NCBI GenBank assembly: GCA_047495785.1
Contig: JBLDXI010000014.1
Location: forward strand, 124,001 to 188,000
From: Lepidodermella squamata
Taxonomy: Eukaryota > Animalia > Gastrotricha
Length of the DNA stretch: 64,000 nt
Reading direction: 5' to 3'
Shown: positions 45,401 through 59,451 of the stretch, in pieces
How positions within the stretch are numbered: position 1 is the stretch's first letter
How the letters are laid out: every line of letters starts with the position of its first letter
Program-made: the position numbers and the translations under genes
The notes under the pieces: model-generated
Databases searched by the model: none
Told to the model about the DNA's origin: nothing
Seen by the model: only the letters and a program-made list of their open reading frames with translations

Positions 45401-48400
45401 CCATATCGACCGGGTGGACAAGCTGTCATTTCATCGAAAATTAACTCACGTTCAATGTAATGATATTTTGTACTGACGGTCTGTAGCGTCATATCGCAAT
45501 TACTTTTAAATATCTAATACTCAGCTATATTAGTTATACGGGGGTGAGTATTGGGATCAAAAAAGCTGACGTTCGCTGACTTACGAAGTGAGCAGGTATC
45601 TCCATAGTAGCCGTTCGCGCAGTCGGTTCGCGGGCACTGGCCGGATGCTGAAAAAACATCAACGCAGGGCAATTAAAATGCGGTGCGAAATTCGATAATA
45701 TCAATCGGCGGCGCGTCAACGCCGACGAAATGTCACGTACCGGGATCGCACAGTAGAGAGCAGTCATCGGGGCACGTTGCCGAACAGTTCGAGCCATAGT
45801 AACCCGCGACGCACGGCTCGTCGCACTTGTCGCCGCGAAAGCCACTCTGGCAGATGCACGCACCAGTCTGCGAAAAAATTATGCGAAAATTTAATTTTAA
45901 TTTTTAAGGAGGGTTAATTCTTACAGTAGCATTGCAGGCTTGGGTGTGTTGCATGTTGCAGTCGCACTCGGCCTCGCAGAATTTTCCGAAGCGACCAGTC
46001 GGACACGGTGCACAGCTGGGTCCGAAGTAACCAGGCTGGCACTGGCAGAAGCCGAGGTCAGGATCGCACTCGCCCGACACGCACTTACTAGAGCAGCGGT
46101 TGGCGCATTCGGGCGGGCCGTACAAGCCTGATGCCACCAGCAAAGACAACAAGCATCATCATCATCATCATTTGAATACGTATACAATGAGAATGAAACA
46201 AAAACAAAAGAGGCCAGCACGGTGAGTAAACACTCGGGCGAGATTTCGCTCGCCTCTCTTTATCAAATTCGGTGTGTATGCGAAGGGCCCGTCGAGAATT
46301 CTTACTGCTGAGATAAACAATAACAAAGCCATTAGACAAGAGGCGGGGACACGCTGCTAAAAAAAATCGGCGTAGCACGCACGCGCGTTCAATAATTGAA
46401 TTTCGCGCAGGCATGTCATTTTTTTCTCGCATCTAAGAAATTATTGCGCCGGCATCATCGCATATGACGAACCAGTACTGTAGCGTATGAATAGCCGCTA
46501 TTATAAGTTTATTGAATCGCGGGCATTTTGCGACCGCGACGCCGGCTCACTGCAGAACAATAATCTCGGCTGTGAAATAAGCCTCATCGATACGCGCGCG
46601 CGCGCGCGAGCCCATTACAAAGCCGCGCCCTCTTGCGCTGGCCATTTTTTGGCGATCAGGCACTTGCTAAATCGCTTTTGTCGTCGCAATATTTTTCATG
46701 GCGCGCGCGTGCGCGGTGAACCTAATAGCTGGCGATTACGGGCGAACGACCGCACCTCTAGCTAAAAAACTGAATGCCACACAGTGCGGCGGCTGTAAGC
46801 TTACAACAATATGCGAAGACATGATGTGAAATGCATTAAAAATGTCAATGGCGCGTGTGTGCTGTGTTTGTTTTACGAAAATCGAACGTGCGATATAAGT
46901 TCGAACGACAAGAAATTAAAGCATCCGGTCATAACAAAGGCGCCGCACGCCCTCGTCGTCGAGTGGCTAGCATTTACTCGCCGTTTTTTTCCACTCCAAC
47001 GGAAAAACGCACCTTTCGGACAGCCGATTTGACAACGCTCGCCCGAAGTGCCGGCTGGGCAGAGGCAGCGCCCGGTGGCGCGGTCACACGGCGCCTTGTG
47101 TTGGCAAGGACCACATTCGAGGGAACAGTCAGGCCCGTAGCGTCCCTGGATTCATCGATTATTTATCCATAAATTATAGGAAATGATGGTTATATACCTG
47201 TTTGCAAACACTGGGCTGTTGATCAGCTATCGGCGGCGTCGGGGTACTCGGTGGCTCGGGCTCGTTGACCTCGGCAGATTTTAATAATCTCGGAACGAAT
47301 GCGATTGATTCTATACGGATCTTCGCCGATGGGGCTGCCCCAGTGCCTCGTTGATCGGCGACAGGTGTCATTGAGGCATTGTCAGGCGCCAACAAATTAT
47401 TTAGATCCTTGAAACCTAAAAATCAGAATATTACTAGGAGGTGCCTAAATAAATGAAGTAAACAAACAAGTCGCTTTATCGACGGGCGACAATTGGTAAC
47501 CAGGGCGACATGCGCAACGATAAGAGCCATCAGTATTTATACAAATGTGATCACAGATTGGGAACGAGTTCGAAACTGCCGCCTCAATTATTCGAACGGT
47601 CCGATTCTCGGCGCATTCGTCAATGTCTAGAAATAAATAGCAGAAGAAATAGGAATAGTGAGGTGATTCGCAACACAAACTCACCGATACAACCGCATTT
47701 GTTTGCTGCTAAGCGGAATCCAAGCTTGCATTGGCATTTGAAAGAACCTATAAATTTTTCAAAGTTAACGAGTTTAATCTTAATTGTAACTTATACCTGG
47801 GGTGTTTATGCATGTCTCGGCGCAGCAGTGAGTTCCAAGGGAGCATTCGTCAACGTCTAAAAATCTCAAGCTCGTTTAATTCATTGATCTCTTATTTCTT
47901 GGATAGCCTCACCTAAGCAGCCAGTCCTGTTCGAATCAAGTTTATAACCGGAACCACATGAGCATACAACACCTACGAAAAATGTGAGCAATATTAGAAT
48001 GATCTAGAATTCAGTTAGTTGAGATATTTAAGGCTGGTATCGGCGAGGAATCGATATTATAACAAACCTGCGGGTGTGTCCTGGCACAGTTGCTCACAGC
48101 CTCCGTTTTTGTGGCGGCACGACGCCGTGACCTCGGCCACTTCGCGGTTGTAATCAATGCGCACAACTGTCGGCGCGCGCTGATTTTGCCGCTGTTGCTG
48201 GCTGGCTACTTTCGGTGCTCGATCAGCTGCTGCAAAAGCACAACAAAAACAACACATTGCGATCATTCCGCTATATTATGTTCATCAATTATTCATCGGT
48301 AAACATCAATAAAACGACAAAAAATCATCAGCTCACATGCGGCCGTGCGGCTGGACAACAGCGCCGCAGCCGGCGGGGCAGCGGCTTGGGGAGCAGTCGG

Positions 48401-49841
48401 TGATTTCGTGACGTTGCTAGCCACAGTCGAGTTTCCATCACTCTGAAGACAGGTCCTGTCGTCGTCTTGCAACGTGTAACCGGCGTAACACTGGCACGAG
48501 AACGAACCGACGGTGTTTCGGCAAATCTGGGAGCAAGTGCTCGCCCGCTCATCGTCCTCAGGCTCACTTTCCTCCATGCTATAGATTCGGATAGGTTTGA
48601 ATTCCGGCTGCCCGTCCATTTGCTTTTTCTCAACACACTCGTCCACGTCTATATAAAAATTATATTAAGTGAGCAAATTTGGTTCAAAATTGAGATCTCC
48701 CTTAATTTTCTGTTGCATTTAATTTGTATGATTATTTAATCGCTAACCCTCGCAAGACCGTTTGTCAGCAGCCAGTCTGAATCCGGGATAGCAGTCGCAG
48801 ATGACTGACTTGCGTTCCGACGAGGTGAAGTACTGCCGGCGGCGGCATATGTGAGCGCAGCCGCCGTTGTGAACCGAACAGCTGTAGAAGGGCGCAGCTG
48901 ACGACGACGCCGCCTCGTCGACAAAGGCCAGCGTCGTCGTCTGCGTCGCGGCGACTGATGGCGCCGGAGTCGACACGCTGCGATTCCCGACGAGAGTGTG
49001 AGTGACAAGGTCGACAATTTCAACCGGTTCACCTGAATCAGTAAATTAAAAAAAAAGCTGTAAAAAATTCTGCAGAAATACCAATGCAGGAGAGGCCATC
49101 GGGAGCGAGGCGTCGGGGCAGTTTACATGAGCAAAGGTAACTGCCGAACGTATTCTGGCATTGCTCTTGGCAGCCGCCGTTGTTTTGGGCGCACTCGTCC
49201 ACGTCTATGCTGCATGTTTTGCCCTGAAGGCCAGGTCGGCAGCGGCACCGGTGACTGAAAATTCCGGGCCGGCAAAGTGAGGCGAATCCGCACTCGGTGT
49301 TGTCGCACGACCGGTAAGGGCAGCCAAAGTCCTGCGAGCCGACGCGAAACCAGCCGCGGCAGCATGACGGCTCGGCGATGACCTCGGGTATAATAATCGG
49401 CTCGAGAGTGTCGTAATAAATTAATCTACAAATAATTAGGTAAAATAGAAATATGAGATAATGCTCAACAAACTTTTGTTCCCGCTTCAGACACCCTACG
49501 CCGTCGGTTTCCTCCTCGCTGCCGGTACAATTTTGAGACCGATAGGTTAAATAAGGACCCGGTTTCGATTTACGGCAAAGCTTCCAATCACGCCTCAGTT
49601 GAATCGATTTGCGCTCGCAAACGTTTGGCCTGTAAAAAAGTTGGGTAAAATCAGAAAACAATTCGATTGTACGATTCTCTTACATTCCATTGCTTAGCCT
49701 GCGAGGCGAAGGTGTTCTTTGGTATGAACGACGGGTGGCATATCCATAAGGTAGTTCTTCATCTTCGGAAACAGGTGAATCCCAGAGAGGATGCTGCGGG
49801 TCGTCGTACGAGATAACTTCCTCGCCGCCGCTATCAACTAA
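42485..49841 (-). CDS. MEGF6: MEGF6-like protein (EMI + Ca-binding EGF + laminin-type EGF repeats), copy 1, 5'-truncated by the duplication junction
   Basis: EMI domain (PNVC...CCRGW), DVDEC/DIDEC EGF-Ca repeats, then many CPxGxYGxxC repeats. No TM found. Start and signal peptide are missing at 49841. Confidence 0.75.
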
Positions 49842-51787
49842 TAGTGCTTGTAGTTGTCGTGAGTAGGCACGACCCAGGAGAAGTATTGGTGTAGTTAACC
49901 GGCTCGCACGATGCGGCTATTCCAGCGTTCAAGGACCAATGATGGCTGTATGTAAGGAGTAATGCTTGGTATCAGAATTACATAAAAAGACAGCAGAAAA
50001 TACTATTTCCTGACCACAACAGTGGCGTTTCCATAGGCCTGGATCCGAAAATCGACACCAGCGACTGAGGAGAAAGAGGTCGAGTTGAAGTTATTCGTCT
50101 TGAATGCAGGTCCAACAGAACCATCTGCATTAATCGGAGCCAAAGCGATCTATTATAGGAAAAACGTCGAACATATGTATAATTGGACCGATTCCAGTAA
50201 AATACCGTCAGAAGGGGCCGGATGAGCTGCACAATCAACCGATAGCGCAATGAACCGTTGGAATGAAAGAAATTTCCGTCGACGTTGACAGTCCCTGCAC
50301 ATCGGAGGGGCAACTTTACAGTGTTAGGGTTGGTGCCGCTGGCAATCCACGTGAAAAATAGGCGCCCGTCGCCTAAGGCTAGCCTCTGCCAAAGTTGTAG
50401 CCCCCCGAACTGTCGAAGTGTATCATTGGTCGTATCTGAAAAACAGAAACGTTGACATTCGCTATGAAATGATGATTTCCTTATCGAACCCAGAACTTCG
50501 GTAACAGGAGCAACGAAGCTAATTCCAAGCCATCCTACAGAGCCATCTGTCAGAACTTGAACATCGAACTCTACCTCAACACGCCATTGAGAGGTTATTT
50601 GTCCTTTGGCTGTTTTCGCGCCAATGATGCCTCCCCAAGTCTGCGAGGCTTGAGTTGTTAGCAGGTATCCATCAGCCATTTCGGTTGCTGTGCCAATCAG
50701 TGTCACACCTCTGGATCCAATGATAGAGCTGTTCGTCTTGTCAAATGAGTAGGCATCTTGGTATTCGCTGCCGACGTATTCACACGGTAAAAGCAAGGCG
50801 CTGCTACTTGGAGCCGGATCCACATAACCGGATGATCGAGTTAGATACCATGCATAACTAAAAATAATTCGGATCTCATAGGCAATCAAGACAAAACTGC
50901 AAGAAACTGTACGATTTTCGAACTACAGCATTCCCGTAGTTTCCGAACAGGCCCACAAATGAAAAATATTGACCATATGAAAAATGACCGATTTCTTGAA
51001 CCAAAGCATTGGAAAAGCAAGTTGCAGGGGATCCAGGGATACCAGCTTCCGGAGCTATAGCAACCTATATGTCAAGAAAACTGCTTACTGAACTCTCTCA
51101 GTTGAAATTGGAACAAACGGTAATGTAATTTCCGCGATTTTGCAAAATTAAGCGGAAACCCACGGAACCAGCCGTTGAATTGAAAAGCCATGAGCTGCCG
51201 CATGCAGGTTGCGACACGATGTAGTTGTTCGCGTAAGAAGCAGTGCCGAGAACCAGTGGAACTTGAGTCGTGGTGGAAACTAGGGGAAAACTGTACCTCA
51301 AGTACATTGATCCTCTCGATTTCAGCTCGAGCCAAAGCCATAGTCCAGTAAAGCTCTGAATTGAGTCATAGTCAGCGGCCCCTGCCGATGCAACTGGAGC
51401 ACCTGAAAACCCCAGGTTGAAGCCGAACCATCCAGGTGTTGCTACGTCTTGGTATGTAGCTAGAATCTCGAATTCTATTCGCCACAACGAATATAAGCTG
51501 GTACTAGCAGTTGATGGCAATATGCTGAACCCGCCATATGTCACTGTCGCGTTGTTCAATTCGTAACCCTGAGGAGTATCGCCGGGCATATAGCCGAAAG
51601 CATACGCCATAATAGTTGAGTTGGACTCGAGGCTACTATTTACGCGATCGAAGGACGCCTGGGGTATGAAAACCGGCTCACCCGAGTAGTCGACGGGCAG
51701 ATCCAACGCTTGCCGGTCAACAACTGGTTGAAATGCTTGGGATTCAATTATCAACAGGCAACAAGAGACAGCAAAGGTTGCGATCAT
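49834..51787 (-). CDS. Junction-derived truncated gene: signal peptide + 2 lectin-like domains only (558 aa, ends TTTTSTIS*)
   Basis: Exact copy of exons 1-5 and the start of exon 6 of the 30819-34821 gene. Reads ACT|ATT AGT TGA across the junction (stop 49836-49834). Confidence 0.7.
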
Positions 51788-52385
51788 TTCGCTTTTTTTG
51801 TTTTTTTTTACGAATGTCTGCACTTCGGCGCAATACTTATAGCGGCTATTTCAGAAATCTACTACCTAGATAAAAACCTACGTCCTAACCACGCTTATTC
51901 AACGGCCTACCCAACGCTAAGAAATCCCGCCAGATGCGTGCTTTTTGTTCCATAATTTATTTTTGCGAGTCACCGATTCGATCAAATAGCCATCAATATT
52001 TCATGAATGTGTCTGAGCAGACCTCCGCGTCTGAAATGATTGTCGTACTCACTTGATGCACTGTCTACCCTGAAATGTCGTGCTCATCCAGATTTCGACA
52101 CGCCACATTTTTCGACAGAAGACAATGGCTTGAAAATCAAAAGTCACCTGTGCACCTGTGCACCTAGAAAGGGATTCTAGTTTGAGAAGTCTCAACCTTG
52201 TGATGACTTCAAAGAAGCAGGACGTTCCGAATAATCTCAATTATCCGCTATTTATTAGCAGATATATACCGGCTATGAATCAATGTGCTATTTCGCAGAT
52301 GTACACAAACGCCATTAAAAGATGTCAATTTACAAATCGAATTTTCGAATATAACTTATACGTTACCTTGCTGAAGCTAACGGCA

Positions 52386-52437
52386 CCCTTGAGCCTGTGA
52401 CGTAGATATCTACGTATCTACGTCAAATGCCCTTGAG
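52386..52437. mobile_element. Mini-element with 8-bp direct repeat, copy 2
   Basis: Same as 35420-35471. Confidence 0.5.
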
Positions 52438-52825
52438 GTTTGCGCTTAAAGCATGCCTCGTTTTATTCATTTCAACTATAATTTACGCGCTTGCGCACCT
52501 GTCCTACATAATTTCCGAAATTTATCGAAGGGGCATTGCACATGATTTACCATTAGTAACAACAGCTCCCATCAAAAATACTGCATTCGGATGACAGCAT
52601 TGCAGCAGCTAGTGCTCATCAAGTCAACTCGAGATTTATTACTCGATAAGAATTTTAGGGAAATCCATGCTTTTGAATCAGTCGGAGAGGCAATTATCTC
52701 ATAATCGATAAGCAGGTGAACGAAATTTTGTTGCAATCAAGATTTTTCAATTGTCAGATTCAGTTCGCAGTTTTGATGCAGAAAAACGGTGGCAAAGTAC
52801 GCGATTGAACCTGTAAATTGCTGCC

Positions 52826-54819
52826 ATGCATTCAACGGTGATGGCTTGCAATTTCGTAATGGCGTTGTTTGCGATCCTTCTCCCAGCTGGCTGCCAAGAC
52901 TTTGCCACTACAACCAATCTGGCCGGTGATTTACCCCCGATTTGCCATGAAATCAAGTGTAAGCTTATCAAAAAAATGCGGCCCAGCTTTCATTCTTTTG
53001 CGATATAAATCACAGATTCAGATTTGGACGTGGAGCAGTTTGCATTTGCAAACTACTCGAAAATGAGCAGGCCGGTTCAAAACGCAAGCCAACCTATCAC
53101 CGTCCTGTTTTCAATTGTTTTTGCCCGTGTCGTTGACATAGTAAGAATGAACTCGTTCACTTCATTTGAATTCACGCCCCAAATTTGCAGTTTGAGAAAG
53201 ATCGTAAGATTCTCATCGATGCTTATATTCAGCTGCAATGGGTTAACGAGTTGATCAATCAGTGGACCTCGGTCGAGCCATTCAACTGTACGACAAAGTT
53301 GATCGCTCCCACGACTAAAATTTGGATTCCGGACGTCTCTATCGTTAATACACCTCGTGAGTTTATCTGAATTGTTTAGGAAACAATATTTAATGTCGGA
53401 ATTCGTTAAAATTAGAGGACAAATATTCCTTGCTGATGATTCGAGGCCACAAGGTTGAGTTGACATCAGACGGGACGTGCATCTACTACCCGAGTGGATA
53501 CTTCAATGCTTCATGCTCCATGGATCTTCGATATTTTCCATTTGACGAGCAGGTGTGTGTCCCTGTCGTTTTTCTCTGTGAAGTCATTAGGAATTACATG
53601 TTTTAAGGTTTGCATGATCCGTTTCGCATCGTGGGCGTATCCTGCCGAAATGCAGAATCTAGTCGCTTCCAGCTTACCTATCGACTTTGACTTGGCCAAC
53701 TTCATAGTACGATTTTATTTTGTTTAGCTATAGTTAATTTTGTAAATTTTCCGTTTAAGGAGCATGGCCAGTGGCACATTGAAAGCACGGAGGCGGTCAG
53801 CAGTCATATATTCAACCCGACAACTGAAAAATCTTACGATGAGGTGGGGAAATTGTTCTTTCCTATATACACTTCCTAATGACCCTTCAATTTAACTAGG
53901 TGCAGATTTACATCTACCTCAAACGGAAGGCGAGACATCTTTTATTTAACCCGGGCTTCAATTATTACTAATAGTTTCCCATCCTTTAGCCAGCTTACTA
54001 CCTTATCAACGTGATAGTCCCTGTCCTCATCATCGTCATCAGCGAAATTTCGCTGTTTTCCCTGCCGGTAATTTGGTACATTTTGGAACCTTCAAATTTT
54101 TTTACTTTGAATTTCCTATTAGCTAACGCGGGCTTTGAAGCTACGAGTTTCCTTCAAGACTTTGCTAGCTTTTGGCATGTTTCAGTAAGCTTTGCTGATC
54201 TTTATGACTTCCTTTTATGCCATTACTTGACAGAACAATCATGCTACACGATTTACCAAGAGACAGCAGCTCATCTCTTCCCTTATTGACCATTTTTCTC
54301 GACATCACGATGGCTTACATTGGCTTGGTCCTGGTAGGGGAAGGCTGTATATTCTTAATGTTAAACGTCGGTGGTGAAGAGCATGTAAGTTACTAGAGAA
54401 GTAATGAATATGGTTGCATTGTTCAGCTCCGCTTATAGAATCCTCCACCCAACTGGTTGGTTCGCGTTTGCATTTTTTGTGGCCCACTGTTTGGTGTTCA
54501 TGATGGACAAGTTCATCATCATTTGAAAAAAACCAAGCGACAGCGGCATCTCGAAAAAGAGATCGCATCAATATCAGCGATAATTCTTGCTCACAGCGTG
54601 CATTCTCAACAGGAAAATGCCGAGCATCACGGAGGTGACGGTGGCGAAGAACTGGACGACGAAAAGCGAATGCATCGCAAATACGGCCATCATTCTTTCC
54701 ACAGGTCGTGGCTGCTCATCGCTCGGCTAACCGAACGCGTCCTGTTTTTTACCTACGTCATCGCCATCATTTTAACTCCGATCGTTATTTATGAGGTGTT
54801 ACCGCCACTGAAGCAGTAG
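52826..54819 (+). CDS. nAChR-like Cys-loop subunit, copy 2
   Basis: Identical to 35860-37853. Confidence 0.9.
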
Positions 54820-55089
54820 TGAATCGTCAGAAAATCATTATCATCCACTTTTTGACTAATAAATGTCACGAAGCAATCATTTGCAACTGAATGGTTTTTT
54901 GGAAACCGGGAAACCCAAACCAGGCATAAGAGGCTGGTATAAGGAATGCTATTTAGCAGTACGAAAAATTCCACAAAAAAGCAACTTTGTCAGCATGTCA
55001 AACAGTTTTATTATTGTTTGTAATAAAAACAGGTGTGGTCTTCAAATAATATGAGGCAAGCCATCTTTTAGAAAATAGAAAAAGCAATA

Positions 55090-55740
55090 TTAACGGATGC
55101 ATGGATTTGCCGGATTCTCCCAGGGTCGCCAGAATGCTGTTAGAAGCAACTTGTCTTTATCACTATCTGTCTTACTCACATAAGAATCTGTGCTATGCTG
55201 ATTGGCGATGGCCGCCAGGGCCAACGTCAGAGTTTGCAAGAACTCGACTGAGGAAGCCGAAGCTTCGCTGGGTTCCGTTTTCGGCGGAATTGGGAGCCCG
55301 ATGTTAGCGCAGTCCTCACTGCTGTTGTTACCATTTTGCTCCATTGGCGCTGCAACGCCAGGCGGGCCATTGCTGCTCGCCGAAGAAGATCTTCGTCTCG
55401 ATTTTGCGCGTCTGTTTTGAAACCATATCTGTATCCTTGTCTCAGAGACACCTATCGCTTTCGATAGCTGTTGCCTTAGCTCGCCGTTAGGGTACTGCGT
55501 TTGAGAGAACGTGTTTTCTAACAGCGAAAGTTGTTGCAGCGAAAATGTCGTGCGATGCCGCCGTCCGTTTTGTGCGACGCGCTGCGCCGATGATAGGAAA
55601 ATGGCAGGCAATGAACACCGGCGATGGCACTCGACGTGGGTCTTGGCATGTAAGATCACTGGGACGCTGCTCATACCTTTAAGGCGCATCGAAACCGTCG
55701 ATCCATCACTAAGCCGACTCGCGTCGTCATCGCAATCCAT
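55090..55740 (-). CDS. PRD-class (Q50) homeodomain protein, intact allele with internal FWRPW motif (216 aa), intronless
   Basis: Same homeodomain; native tail ...LLLTAFWRPWENPANPCIR*. Confidence 0.9.
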   Translation of the reverse strand: MDCDDDASRLSDGSTVSMRLKGMSSVPVILHAKTHVECHRRCSLPAIFLSSAQRVAQNGRRHRTTFSLQQLSLLENTFSQTQYPNGELRQQLSKAIGVSETRIQIWFQNRRAKSRRRSSSASSNGPPGVAAPMEQNGNNSSEDCANIGLPIPPKTEPSEASASSVEFLQTLTLALAAIANQHSTDSYVSKTDSDKDKLLLTAFWRPWENPANPCIR

Positions 55741-56657
55741 CGTCCGCGCCGTATAATGTAGGTTATTTTTTGCTAATGAAAATTCCAAAATAATTGCCAA
55801 ACTAATTGCTCCTATTATGTTGTTTCCGAAGGCCAGCTTTGTCACGCATTTATTTTATCGATACTTATTTATATTAAAATCTACGCAATATATTATGAGA
55901 ACACGAAGTGAATTGCCATGCATTGCCCAATTTCCGTCTCCCTGGTTTTATCTATAATTATGTTCGCTGGTTGTTTCCACAGAAGCCGCGTGTTTTTATG
56001 AACATTCCGCGATATATTTTCGGCTAACAGCAATTTTCGCCGATAAAAACGCGACGTAAAGGCGCAGCTGTGCTGAGCAAACAGCCGCACATTCACCTTA
56101 AATTGTAAGATAATTAAATCATTATTATAATATTATCATTAATTACGGCGTCTAATTACTGGGCTTGGAGATATGAGCCAGGGACATGTAAAAGCGGTAG
56201 AAGACCGTGCTCGATAAATTGGTAATAGTCCAGTAGATTAAGCAGGATGAAGCCGGAATTGCAGTCCAACTTGCGTAATTGTGATATAAGTGGGAGGGGC
56301 AATAAAATGATAATTAATGGAGACCTAATAATGCACTATGAATGCCAAATTCAACAACGTTTTTTGGCGTATGTTTACAATATCGCACCCTATATATGTG
56401 TAATTACCGATAACTTTTTATTGCTGTCGAGAGTACGGAAATAACTGTGACCTGATAGGCACAACCTCATTTTTTGCTGTAACAAGTTTCACCGGGTGCA
56501 TCTCCATAAAAAAACCAAGCCTCGGACTATAGGAAATAACTAAATAACTAAAAGATTGGGGAACCTTCCACGCGATAGAATTTTTTTTTATTGGAAATCA
56601 TAAATGTTCACAGTAATGAAAATAATGTGCAGTCAGCCCTGTGTTTCAAGTCCTTAT

Positions 56658-58583
56658 TCAAAATTGTAAACATTCCAGTGATTTTGAAATGCGAACCTGA
56701 CCTGCAGGCTTTTGGATATTGTCAGTCGAGAAAACCTCGCTGTTCGGCGATGCGTGGTCGTTGTCGAAGAAAGCTGTGCTAGTCTCGTTGGACTTTTCAT
56801 CATCGGTCCGATTACTGCTCACAGATGCCGATTTACCTTTGCTTCCTTGGATTAAATGAAACAGCTTCGAAAACGTCTTCAGCCAAGGTGAACTGCTCGC
56901 CGAGCCCTTACGTTGCCCACAGCAAAGCATGTCCCTAAATTAAAAAAATTGCCTTGAAAGATTATGCTCTCCCCATTCGACGATTACCTTATCAAGCCGA
57001 GAAAAGCTCGATTGAACAAACAGAAAATCGGGAAAGGAATAGCGTTGGATGAATATTGCAGCAGGTTGAAAACTGGATTCAGCGAGAATAGGACATCGGG
57101 GCGCAGAGATAGAGCCTCCATCAACTGGGATCTCGTGGTTTCGTGAAGGTTCATCATACTCATGTAGAGCGTCAAAGGCAAAGACAATGCTAGGAATAGC
57201 ATGTTTTGTGCAACCAGCATTCTGCTATGCAAATGATGAAAGGGAAAAGCGATTAATGAGTACTCAGCATTCATCATTCAGCCCACGAAAATTAGTTAAT
57301 TTTTGAGAAACTATCTACTAACCTGGTTATAGTTTTGGCGAGCATATTCTGATGACTTGTACGAGGCGTTGAATTTATCCGAGCTGTAGCTGCTTTTTTG
57401 GCGGCGTAGCGGCTTTTCATCGGAAGATAGACGGGCTCGGGCTGGTTGAGACCAATGCAAGATGCTGACATGGCATGGAAACTGCTAGGTGCTGCTAATA
57501 AAGCTGGAAAGGTTAGATAGCTTCGATGCTCCGGAGTTTCGCAGCATCTTGTCCTATAAGGCAATCGGGTGATGAAGCAAGGGACCAAAATTATGAAAAT
57601 ACTCACTCGATCCTCAAAGACCGCTTTAGAAACAATGCCGAACAATGTTGCTGGCTACTGCGGCGATTGATTGCCTCTGAAAATCGTTTCTTCTGCCTTG
57701 AACTTACGAGAACAAGTGCGGCCGAAAACGCTGTGACTAGAATGAATGGTAGAAGCGTTGCGACCCACGCGTCCACGATATGATAGTGCATCAAAAATGT
57801 GATCCAACTCTCATCGGTTGTACATTGCATGCCTTGAGACGATGATTCATCAGTGCCATCAGGAAGTTCAAACCTGGCTGCCAGTTGGTAAGGAATGGCC
57901 AGGGCAGCGCTTATAACGTGGCACGAGATAGATGCGATAATTGCGAACTTCGCGTCGATTCTGCTGCGGTAGAAGAAGGGAGCAGCGACCGAAGCCATTC
58001 GATCGAAAGCAATGAGGACAAAATGCAATGATGAGGCATAGGCTGACATCGAAAAACAGGTTTTCAATTGTAATGTGTCAGAAAGAAAGAATCATACTCA
58101 GCCAATAGGTCATCAGCACGTGACCATAGCAGCCAATTTCTGAGAGTCCTCGCACTGACAGTTGGGGGAAAACGGCATCTAGGTAGTAGTTGATGCCGAA
58201 GCCTGCGATCGCGGAGAATCGATTAATTATTAATTGAGAAGTTATAGGTCGATGGAAACTTACCGGATGTCAAGCTGAGCAAATTAGTGATCGCCTGGGA
58301 TAGAATCAACACGATCGTTGCGCAATATTTGGTCTTCTTCTTCGTAAAAGCTTGAAAATTTGAAGATATTCAAGGATTCAAGAAAAAAAATAGAATATAA
58401 GTACCCACCGAGGATAATGAGGAGATTCCCGAAAATTCCTAAAATCACAAGCGGAGTGCCACAGGCAATGTAAATTTTCCGACTTTCCGACCATGGATCC
58501 GACGCCTGTTCTTCGACGCAACTTCCTAGTTGCAAAATCGAGGCAGCTATCAGAAATCGATGCATTCGCAAAACTGCTGGCAA
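56658..58583 (-). CDS. Class A GPCR, copy 2
   Basis: Identical to 39691-41616. Confidence 0.85.
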
Positions 58584-59451
58584 CGTCCCATATCCCTGAA
58601 TATTTGTACGATGATAGCGATCTGTTGTTTTGCTTGTTTAGCAGCTAGGTTAGCACTAGGAGCTAGGTCTCGGTTCCTAGCCAGGCGTGGTGGTCCAATT
58701 ATAATTAGGACCCGCCGGCGGGCGACTAATGAGTTGCGATAACAGCCAACGCACGCCTGGTTTCGAATTTCGGCCTGGCTAACCAGCCAAGCGTGCGGAG
58801 ATCGCATCTTCAAGTCAAATTAGCGAGTTATTCGATAAAAAAGAGACGCAATTTACGCGCCTCAAGTCCTATGATATATTTGCGTCAGTTTATACTTTTT
58901 ACTATTCTGAATTTTATGAATGACGATATTATATAGATCCAAGTATAGATAAGACTTTGATGAACTGTCGATCATTGCGCCTTTTATTTATTTTCCGTAA
59001 TTGTCTGAACGTTCCAAAGTAATAATAATTATCAACAGGCCAAAAAGCAGCTATAATATATTTGCGCTGACTCGTCATATCAGGTTCGCCGGCTCAATGT
59101 ATGACGATGAGTCTTCAACGACACAGCGAGTAACAACAGCATACGGTTCATGCGTAAAAAACACATAAAGCTACACAAATTCTTGATCCAATTCGAACAC
59201 AACATCGAAACAAAAAAGCGCGCGCGCGATTTTTTTTTTACAAGAGAGCAAGCGTCATACACGTAAGCAGATCAGTTTCAGTTTTCCAGCGATTTTTTTT
59301 TAACAATCTTCAACTCGAAAAATTTGCGTAGCAACGGAGAATTCATGTATAACGATTCATGGAAATAGTATTTTGAGTATGAACCAACAAAACGATGTCG
59401 AATAACTTATGGCGAGTTTCTAGCTTCATCGAAAATTTAAATCGTATAATA

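Noticed and set aside
49700-49945. In-frame lectin-MEGF6 fusion at the duplication junction
   Set aside because: Codon counting gives ATT AGT TGA right after the junction; the MEGF6 frame is shifted.
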